Shown one piece after another: positions 40,373 through 47,903 of a DNA stretch of 64,000 nucleotides. The stretch spans positions 992,001-1,056,000 of the forward strand of contig CBDBDQ010000005.1 of NCBI GenBank assembly GCA_965203905.1, in the 5' to 3' direction. The translations under genes were made by a program, and so were the position numbers. This DNA is from Spirochaetia bacterium. Lineage in GTDB: Bacteria > Spirochaetota > Spirochaetia > SZUA-6 > Bin103. The stretch's first letter is position 1. Every line of letters begins with the position of its first letter. The notes beneath the pieces were generated by a model that was given only the letters and a program-made list of their open reading frames with translations, searched no databases and was not told the DNA's origin.

Positions 40373-41533
40373 ATGGGGCTGCTGGGCCTGATCGGCGAGT
40401 TCCTCGCCAACACCGGCGTCGCCGGCTTCATCGCGCTCGGCGCCGACTGGTGGCGTCCACTGGTGATGCTCGGCGTGGGCGGCCTGCTCATCTACCTGGC
40501 CATCGCCAAGGAATACGAGCCGCTGCTGCTGATCCCGATCGGGTTCGCCTGTATCCTGGTCAACCTGCCGCTCACCGAGCTGTTCCACACCAAGGATGAG
40601 CTCCTGAGCGGCGCCGAGCGCGGCCTGCTGGACTACATTTTCACCGGCCTCGCCACCGGCGTGTTCCCGCCGCTGATCTTTCTCGGCCTGGGGGCGATGA
40701 CCGACTTCAGCCCGCTGCTGGCCAAGCCGCAGACCTTCCTGCTGGGAGCGGCAGCGCAGTTCGGCATCTTCGGCACCCTGCTGGCCGCGCAGGCGCTGGG
40801 GTTCACCTTTCCCGAGGCCGCCTCGATCGCCATCATCGGCGGCGCCGACGGACCGACCGCGATCTTCCTCACCTCGCGCCTCGCCGACCACCTGCTGGGC
40901 GCGGTGGCGGTCGCGGCCTACTCCTACATGGCGCTGGTGCCGATCATCCAGCCGCCGATCATCCGCCTGCTGACCACCAAGAAGGAGCGCTCCGTCGTAA
41001 TGTCGGAGGTGCGCCCGGTGCCGCGCTCGGTCCGCATCATGTTCCCGATCGCCATTACCCTCACCGCCGCGCTGCTGGTGCCGCCTTCGACGCCGCTGAT
41101 CGGCATGTTGATGTTCGGCAACCTGCTGCGCGAGGCGGGCGTGGTCGACCGGCTCTCCAAGGCGGCCCAGAACGAGCTGACCAACGTCATCACCATCTTC
41201 CTCGGGCTGGCGGTCGGCGCCAAGCTCACCGCGGGCGAGTTCCTGACCACCGACACCCTGCTGATCATCGCCCTCGGGCTGGCCGCGTTCTCCGTAGGCA
41301 CCGCCTCCGGGGTGTTGCTCGGCAAGCTGCTCTACCTGCTCTCGGGCGGCAAGGTGAACCCGATGATCGGCGCCGCGGGCGTGTCGGCGGTGCCGATGGC
41401 GGCGCGGGTGGTGCAGCGCATGGGCCAACGCGAGAACCCGAGCAACTTCCTGCTGATGAACGCCATCGGCCCCAACTACGCCGGCGTCATCGGTTCCGCC
41501 GTCGCCGCCGGCGTCCTCATGGCCATGGCCTGA
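40373..41533 (+). CDS. Na+-translocating decarboxylase beta subunit (OadB/MmdB)
   Basis: EPLLLIPIG, GAMTDF, IIGGADGPT, AAYSYMAL, GVSAVPMAAR, GPN.AGVIGS. Confidence 0.95.
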   Translation: MGLLGLIGEFLANTGVAGFIALGADWWRPLVMLGVGGLLIYLAIAKEYEPLLLIPIGFACILVNLPLTELFHTKDELLSGAERGLLDYIFTGLATGVFPPLIFLGLGAMTDFSPLLAKPQTFLLGAAAQFGIFGTLLAAQALGFTFPEAASIAIIGGADGPTAIFLTSRLADHLLGAVAVAAYSYMALVPIIQPPIIRLLTTKKERSVVMSEVRPVPRSVRIMFPIAITLTAALLVPPSTPLIGMLMFGNLLREAGVVDRLSKAAQNELTNVITIFLGLAVGAKLTAGEFLTTDTLLIIALGLAAFSVGTASGVLLGKLLYLLSGGKVNPMIGAAGVSAVPMAARVVQRMGQRENPSNFLLMNAIGPNYAGVIGSAVAAGVLMAMA

Positions 41534-41548
41534 CCGGGGCGCGAGCAG

Positions 41549-42381
41549 ATGGCACGGCTGTTCCAATCCGGTGGGCTGGTCTCCGTGGAGAAGATGCCGG
41601 TGCACGGCAGCTCGTTGGCCGATCTCGACATGCGCCGCCTGGAGGACTATTTCCTGAACCTGCTGGGCGAGGATGCGGTGGCGGACTGGCAGCGCACCCT
41701 GCTCAACCGCGAGCTGTTGATCGCCGACGAGTGGCGGGAGGAGGTGTGTAACTGCTCCTATGCCGGGATCGTCCTGTTCGCCCATGAGCCGCGGCGCCGC
41801 ATGCCGCAGGCCGGGATCAGGCTGCTGGTGTTGCCAGGCATCGACATGGACTACGACGCCAACCTGGACGAGGTGCTCGATATCCCCTTCGTCGGGCTGA
41901 AGGAGCGGCGGCCGCGGGAGTTCGTCGAGCAGTCGCTACCGAACCGAGTGCTCAGCTACCTGCAAGCCCACATCAGCAAAGAGCGCCTGGAGGGAGTGTA
42001 TCGGCGTCGGCATTGGGACTACCCCAGGAGGTGATCCGCGAGCTGTTGGTGAATGCCTTCGCGCATCGCGACTGGACCCGCCCCACCGACGTCCAGCTCA
42101 CCGTTTTCGCGGACCGGCTCGAGGTGCAGAGCCCCGGCTCGCTTCCCAACGGCGTTACGATAGAGAAGGCCAAGGAAGGCCTGCGCGTGCCGCGCAACCC
42201 CAACATCGTCAACATCCTGCGCGACTACGACTTCATGGAGGATCGCAGCATGGGAATCCGCCGCAAGGTGATCCCCCTGACCCGAGCCCACAACGGCACC
42301 GCCCCCCAGTTCGAAGCCACCGAAGACTACTTCAAGGTCACCCTTCACAAGGGAACCAAAGCTGTGCCGAGGCCGCGGTAG
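41549..42381 (+). pseudogene. RecG-C-like ATP-binding regulator, N-terminal AlbA domain deleted and frameshifted at ~42025
   Basis: Begins at an internal segment homologous to the 2735 gene. A C-run one base short splits 'DYP|QEVIRELLVNAFAHRD'. Confidence 0.8.
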
Positions 42382-42424
42382 CGGCGCACGGACAGGTCAG
42401 GTAACCTCCGATGCGGGCGGAACC

Positions 42425-43813
42425 ATGAAGTTTCGATTCAAGAACCTCGGTCCGATAAAGCAGGCAGATCTCGAACTCGGCGACCTCACCATAATCGCCG
42501 GCCGCAACAACACCGGCAAGACCTACCTCGCATACGCCCTGTACGGCTTCCTCAAACGATGGAATTGGTCGGCCGGTTCGGTTTATGTCCTGCGCAATGA
42601 GGGCATCCGTCGCGTTGCCCGCTCATTGGCATCCGCCGCTGCCGCCAAGGGCCATGCGCGGAGTGTGGTCGATCGCCACACGTTTGATCGGCAGCGATCG
42701 GCCCTCGCAGAAACCGTGACTCCTCCGCTTGCCGGGTCCGAGTTGGCCAGTGTATTTGGTTCCCGTCCCGATGATTTCGAAAATGCTGTGGTCGAACTGA
42801 TTTCAGCGCTCCCGACGGATTTGCCGCCTTTGGAGGCTCACTCTTGGTTCGGTCATCGCTATAGGGTTGAGTACGAAAAGGACAGAATCGTCATTTCGGT
42901 CGATCCTTCCGACCGACAACGTGTCGAGATCGACAAGCATATCTCTGTTATTGAGGACGTCTATTTCAGATCCTTGTTCCCAGAGTTTGCGACCGATCCG
43001 TTTGTGCTATCATCCGAGCGCATTGGTATTTCCCTCTTCTATCGAGAGCTTGATTTTACAAAAAACAAACTCGTTGATCTAATAAAAAGGATGAGCAACG
43101 AGAGCAACCGGCGCCAATACGATCCGTTTCTCCTGATAGATAGGACGACCAGCCGGTATGCGTTGCCAGTGCAAGACAACATCGACTTTACCCGAAGTAT
43201 TCCCGATCTACGAGGCCACAAAAGCGACCTTTCCGACCACAGGATGCCCACGGATCTGAGACGGCTGACGGGTGCATATTACAGGATTTCCGATGACAGC
43301 ATTGCCCTCACCTCGACCGCGCGCGGATCGCGACGTTTCAGCATCCCGCTTTACTTGGCGTCTTCCTCGGCGAGGGGGCTGTCGGATCTCTACTTCTTTC
43401 TGGAGCACGTTGCTAAGCCCAATCACCTCTTGATCATCGATGAGCCGGAGAGTCATCTCGATACGCACAACCAGATTCTGATGGCCCGGTTGTTGGTCCG
43501 GTGCGTGCACGCGGGTATGAAGGTCCTGATCACTACCCACAGTGACTATCTCGTGAAGGAACTCAACAATCTGATCATGCTAAGCCGTAACTTCGACGGG
43601 AAGGAGGCCTTGCTCAAGAAGCTCAAGTACAGTCCTGACGATGCTCTCGACCCGAGTCAGATTCGTGCCTATGTCGCTAATAACGGCACCTTGACTGCTT
43701 GCAGTGTAGATCACTTCGGCATGGAGATGCCGAACTTCGATCGCACCATAGACGATATCAACGATGTGGCCAATAGGATTTCATCGCGGATCTTCGAAAC
43801 CAAGGGAACGTGA
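42425..43813 (+). CDS. ABC-type (AAA_15/AAA_21) ATPase
   Basis: GRNNTGKT, LASSS signature-like, IIDEPESHL, ITTHSDY. Visibly lower GC. Confidence 0.88.
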   Translation: MKFRFKNLGPIKQADLELGDLTIIAGRNNTGKTYLAYALYGFLKRWNWSAGSVYVLRNEGIRRVARSLASAAAAKGHARSVVDRHTFDRQRSALAETVTPPLAGSELASVFGSRPDDFENAVVELISALPTDLPPLEAHSWFGHRYRVEYEKDRIVISVDPSDRQRVEIDKHISVIEDVYFRSLFPEFATDPFVLSSERIGISLFYRELDFTKNKLVDLIKRMSNESNRRQYDPFLLIDRTTSRYALPVQDNIDFTRSIPDLRGHKSDLSDHRMPTDLRRLTGAYYRISDDSIALTSTARGSRRFSIPLYLASSSARGLSDLYFFLEHVAKPNHLLIIDEPESHLDTHNQILMARLLVRCVHAGMKVLITTHSDYLVKELNNLIMLSRNFDGKEALLKKLKYSPDDALDPSQIRAYVANNGTLTACSVDHFGMEMPNFDRTIDDINDVANRISSRIFETKGT

Positions 43814-44358
43814 GCCTCAGTCTGAACGATCAGCTGGAGACGGTCGTCCGCGCCGATCGATTGAGACGTGTCGAATCGAACCGCGTAACTCTCCGCGAAC
43901 GTGAAGCGAACATGTCGATCCATGTAACGGGCGTAAGAGGGCGCGTCACGACGATCCATATCGACAGGCTCGGCGGCCTCTCTGGGCTAAATCAGGGTGA
44001 TTGGAACCAAAGATGTGACTACCTAATGGTCATCGACAAGGAAGACACCTACCACGCCGCATTCATCGAGTTGAAGAAGACCCTTGATGAGGACCACAAA
44101 CCGCGGGAGCAACTGCGTCGATCTCTACCATTCCTGGAGTACCTGCGCTCGCTGTGCTGTATCCATTGCAAGCAAGCCGCTCCGGCAGAAGTCGAGGTCC
44201 GCTACGCGGTGATCGGTGAAAGGGGGCAACAGCGATTCGATAAGCAGGCTGTGAAGGCGAGACCGGGACATCCCGTTTGGACGAAGCCTCACCGTGGGAT
44301 CACGGTCTCAGCTTTCCTGGGGCCGACTGTTCCGCTCGCGGCCCTCGTCGGCACCTAA
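43810..44358 (+). CDS. Putative PD-(D/E)XK nuclease-fold partner of the ABC ATPase
   Basis: RCDYLMV..FIELKK..EQL motif. GTGA overlap with the ATPase. Confidence 0.6.
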   Translation: MSLSLNDQLETVVRADRLRRVESNRVTLREREANMSIHVTGVRGRVTTIHIDRLGGLSGLNQGDWNQRCDYLMVIDKEDTYHAAFIELKKTLDEDHKPREQLRRSLPFLEYLRSLCCIHCKQAAPAEVEVRYAVIGERGQQRFDKQAVKARPGHPVWTKPHRGITVSAFLGPTVPLAALVGT

Positions 44359-44361
44359 TGG

Positions 44362-45225
44362 TTGGATCGCGAAGTGCGTGGGTTGCCGCCTGAGCGCGAC
44401 CTGTTCTCCTACTACGAGAGCTATGACGAAGAGGGCCGGCTCGCACGTGCTTCGGGGGCGCTGGAATTCGCGCGGGTGCAGGAACTGATCGGGCGCTTCC
44501 TGGCTCCGCCGCCGCAGGTGGTGCTGGATGTCGGCGGCGGTCCCGGCAGGTACGCGTGCTGGCTCGCCGCGAGCGGCTACGAGGTCCATCTCCTCGATCC
44601 GGTTCCGCGTCACGTGGAGCAGGGGCGCGCGGCGTCCGCGGCGCAGCCGGAACATCCGCTGGCCAGCGTCACCGAGGGTGACGCCCGCGCCCTGCCATAC
44701 GAAGCGGAGAGCGCCGATGCCGTACTCCTCATGGGACCGCTCTACCACCTCCCCGAGCGGGCGCAGCGGCTGGCGGCGCTGGGCGAGGCGCACCGGGTAC
44801 TCAAGCCTCGCGGCATTCTGGTCGCCCAGGCGATCAACCGATTCGCATCGCTCCTCGATGGGATCATGCGCGGTTTCATCGACGACCCGGACTTCGTACC
44901 GATCATGCGCCGCGACCTGGAAGCGGGCCGGCACCGCGGGCTACCCGGCACCACCAGGTACTTCACCACGGCGTACTTCCACCGCCCGGACGAACTCAGC
45001 GCCGAGATTCGCGAGTCCGGTTTCCGCGAGCACGGTCTCTATCCGGTGGAGGGCGTCGGCCTGCTGGCCCCGGACCTCGACACGCGCATGGCCGATCCTG
45101 CCAAACGCACACAACTCCTGGACCTGATCCGCTCGGTGGAACGGGAACCGACATTGCTCGGTACCGCCCCTCACTTCGCCGTCATCGCCGCAAAGCAACT
45201 CCGAGTGAGCCCACCGACTGCGTGA
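44362..45225 (+). CDS. Class I SAM-dependent methyltransferase
   Basis: VLDVGGGPGRY, GDARAL, DAVLLMGPLYHL, VLKPRG. Confidence 0.88.
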   Translation: MDREVRGLPPERDLFSYYESYDEEGRLARASGALEFARVQELIGRFLAPPPQVVLDVGGGPGRYACWLAASGYEVHLLDPVPRHVEQGRAASAAQPEHPLASVTEGDARALPYEAESADAVLLMGPLYHLPERAQRLAALGEAHRVLKPRGILVAQAINRFASLLDGIMRGFIDDPDFVPIMRRDLEAGRHRGLPGTTRYFTTAYFHRPDELSAEIRESGFREHGLYPVEGVGLLAPDLDTRMADPAKRTQLLDLIRSVEREPTLLGTAPHFAVIAAKQLRVSPPTA

Positions 45226-45266
45226 TATGATGACAGGCGGGCCACATAGCGCGACAATGGGCCGCC

Positions 45267-45626
45267 GTGCGCACGTTCAACACCGCCGGCCCGGTGCGGG
45301 CGCACCGGCACTACCAGATCGCGCCGCTGTCGCGGATCGAGCGCGAGTACGCGCTGGGGCGAGGCAGGACCGACCTGCTGATCGTGTGGCCGCAGGGCGG
45401 GCGCGAACGGCGCTACGTGGTGGAGTGCAAGGTGCGGTACGGGGACCTGGAGCGGACCATCGCGGAAGGGATGGCGCAGACGCGGGCCTACGTGGACCGG
45501 TGCGTTGCCGAGGCCGGCCACCTGATCGTGTTCGACCGCTCGCCTGGGCTGACCTGGGAGCAGAAGATCTTCCGCCGCGAGCCGGCGCCCGGCATGGATG
45601 CCCCGGTCACGGTGTGGGGCATGTAA
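45267..45626 (+). pseudogene. Internally deleted AAA-like ATPase/PD-(D/E)XK gene (N-terminal 24 aa fused to C-terminal nuclease domain)
   Basis: MRTFNTAGPV N-terminus joined directly to EREYALGRGRTDL..VVECK..VTVWGM. Confidence 0.72.
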
Positions 45627-45695
45627 GCGTTGCCGATCCGAGGGTCGGGCAGTATGCTGGCGCGAGGAGGTGGGGCGAAACAGGCCACCTGGTTC

Positions 45696-46088
45696 ATGGG
45701 ACGCATCGTTACCTTGGTGATCGTGCAGAACGTGGCGGCAACGCGCACCGTCCGAATCGACGCGTTGGTCGATACGGGCGCCGGCTACCTCACCCTTCCG
45801 CTGGCTTGGAAGCAGCGGTTCGGTACATTTGCGCTGGAGGAAGAGGTTGCGCTGCAGACCGCAACGCAGCAGGTCGTAAGCGGCACCGTGTGCGGGCCGG
45901 CACTGATCCGTATCGAAGGGTTCAGGGCCATTCACGGCGAGGTTCTATTCGTCGAGATGGAGCCGGAAGAGGGCGAATACGAGCCATTGCTTGGGTACAT
46001 TTCCCTGGAGCAGTGCGGTGCGGCCGTTGACTTGGTGGGCCACCGCCTGCTGCCGGTACGGTACGTCGACGCCAAGGCAGCTCACTGA
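45696..46088 (+). CDS. Clan AA (retropepsin-like) aspartyl protease
   Basis: ALVDTGAGYL and PLLGYISLE motifs. Confidence 0.8.
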   Translation: MGRIVTLVIVQNVAATRTVRIDALVDTGAGYLTLPLAWKQRFGTFALEEEVALQTATQQVVSGTVCGPALIRIEGFRAIHGEVLFVEMEPEEGEYEPLLGYISLEQCGAAVDLVGHRLLPVRYVDAKAAH

Positions 46089-46121
46089 ACGGACCGCGCC
46101 GGCCCCCGATGCTCCTGAGCG

Positions 46122-46967
46122 CTACGACGCTCCCTCGTTCGCCTCGAGCAGCCGCAGGCTCCGTTCCAGTGTCCGCTCCAGCTCGTCACGGCTGAGTGCG
46201 GCGAGATCCGGTGCGAACGGCTCCAAGGAGACCGGCCCGTCGTAACCGAGGCGCCGCAGCCGGGCAATCTGCTCGCGGTTGCCGATCGCGTCGTCGTGAT
46301 CGACCAGTCCCCGGTCTTCGTCCCTGAGGTCGGGCTTCAGCCGGTCGCGGCGCACCCCGGAGGTGTGCACCATACCCACCAGCGAGATGTCCAGGTTGCG
46401 CTCGATCGCGCGTGCGTCGTCCAGCCCCAGGTAGTGGTGGAAGGTGTCGTACACGAGCCTGAAGTTCGCGCCCGATTCGGCGATCGCGCGTTGCGCGGTG
46501 AGCAGCGAGTCGAGTGACGACTCGGGAAACCCCAGCGGCTCGACCAGGCCGGTGACACCGCCGGTTGCGAATATCGGGCCCAGCGCACGCAACGACTGCA
46601 CGGTGTCGGAATAAGCCTGGGAGGCGGTGCGGCCGTCGGCGGGGTCGTTGTTGGGACACAGGACCACGGCGTCGCAGCCGATCGCGCGCGCCAGCGCGAT
46701 GAGCCGGGAGCTCTCCGCCGCCGCAGACTCGCGGTGCGCCGGTGAGTTGAACTTCTGCACCGCGTTGATGGTGGCGACCCTCACCCCGAGGCGCTCGGTG
46801 AGAGACCGAAACTGCTCCGCACCGAACTGGTCGATCTCTCCGTACCCCGGAAGATCGTTGCGCAACTCCACCTGCTCCAGGCCGACGTCGGCGGCCAACT
46901 GCAGAAACTCCGCGACCTCCATCCGCGGGCAGAGCATGCGATTGATCGCGAACTGCTTGCGACGCAT
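46122..46967 (-). CDS. Xylose isomerase-like TIM barrel (IolI-like inosose isomerase)
   Basis: VELRND, TINAVQKFN, EPLGF, DTFHH, HTSG, SLEPF. Confidence 0.8.
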   Translation of the reverse strand: MRRKQFAINRMLCPRMEVAEFLQLAADVGLEQVELRNDLPGYGEIDQFGAEQFRSLTERLGVRVATINAVQKFNSPAHRESAAAESSRLIALARAIGCDAVVLCPNNDPADGRTASQAYSDTVQSLRALGPIFATGGVTGLVEPLGFPESSLDSLLTAQRAIAESGANFRLVYDTFHHYLGLDDARAIERNLDISLVGMVHTSGVRRDRLKPDLRDEDRGLVDHDDAIGNREQIARLRRLGYDGPVSLEPFAPDLAALSRDELERTLERSLRLLEANEGAS

Positions 46968-47087
46968 TGTCGGCAAGGTAACCGCGGCATGCGCCCACAT
47001 CAATGGCCTCCCCACACGGCGGAGCGCACCGCAGTCCAGCGCTACGACGCTTTGCGACCCACCGCGTATTACGATTACCCTTGGCGT

Positions 47088-47360
47088 ATGACAATGTTGA
47101 GCTTTCGGGTGCAGGAAGCCGACGCACAAGCGGCCACCCGCTGGGCGGCCGCACTGGGCATCGACCGGTCGGACCTGTTGCGTGAGGCACTCCACCGCCA
47201 CCTGGTCAGCCTGGCAGCGTCGACCGAGGGAGACGCGTACGCCCGGTCGCCGCTCGATGCCGGCGAGCTTTCGCTGTCGGCAATCGCCGACTGGGGGCCG
47301 GCCGAGGAGTGGTCCGACTGGTCGGATGCCACGGACCACACAGAGCATGAGACGCGGTGA
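47088..47360 (+). CDS. mazE: RHH antitoxin (MazE-type)
   Basis: MLSFRV..GIDRSDLLREAL RHH, acidic Trp-rich tail, overlaps the toxin start. Confidence 0.78.
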   Translation: MTMLSFRVQEADAQAATRWAAALGIDRSDLLREALHRHLVSLAASTEGDAYARSPLDAGELSLSAIADWGPAEEWSDWSDATDHTEHETR

Positions 47361-47655
47361 AGTCTGGTTCGCGACCACGCCGGGCGGAGATCGGCCGGTG
47401 CTGGTGCTGACCCGCGACCCGGTCGCCACCCGGATCGGCGCCGTAGTGGTGGCCGCACTCACGCGCACCGAACGCGGACTGGTCTCCGAACTGAAGCTCT
47501 CGAATGCGCGGGACGGTGTGCCTACCGACTGCGTCGTGAGCTTCGACAACCTCCATACGGTTCCCCGCACGTCGCTTCGGCGCCGCATCACCCGGCTTGG
47601 CGCGCCGCGCATGGCGGAGGCATGCCGTACCCTCCGCGACGCTCTCGGCTGCTGA
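47347..47655 (+). CDS. mazF: PemK/MazF endoribonuclease toxin
   Basis: MRRGEVW..DRPVLVLTR..VVVAALT..CVVSFDNL. Confidence 0.9.
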   Translation: MRRGEVWFATTPGGDRPVLVLTRDPVATRIGAVVVAALTRTERGLVSELKLSNARDGVPTDCVVSFDNLHTVPRTSLRRRITRLGAPRMAEACRTLRDALGC

Positions 47656-47741
47656 ACAGGATGCCCCGCACGCGTGGACCTGAGCAGATCCAGGCGCGGT
47701 TGTCGCGCAAGCCGCGCCGCCAAGTTCCCAAGGTCCACGTG

Positions 47742-47903
47742 GTGATGACAGGCGCACCACATAGCGCGACAATGGCTCCCGTGCGCACGCTCAACACCGC
47801 CGGGCCGGTGCGCGCGGACCGGCCCTACCGGATCGTGCCATTCCCGGCGATGCGGCCGGCGCCGACCGGCACGGGCGCCCCGGTCACGGGGTGGGACAGG
47901 TAG
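47742..47903 (+). repeat. Second, more deleted copy of the 45227-45626 mini-element (upstream region + 5' end + 3' end)
   Basis: Shares ATGACAGGCG..CCACATAGCGCGACAATGG..GTGCGCACG.TCAACACCGCCGG and the CCCCGGTCACGG.GTGGG 3' end. Its stop abuts the SNF2 ATG. Confidence 0.85.

Noticed and set aside
42015-42035. Programmed frameshift in the 41549 gene
   Set aside because: It is a short C-run with no slippery heptamer, and the gene already lacks its N-terminus. Decay or sequencing error is more likely.
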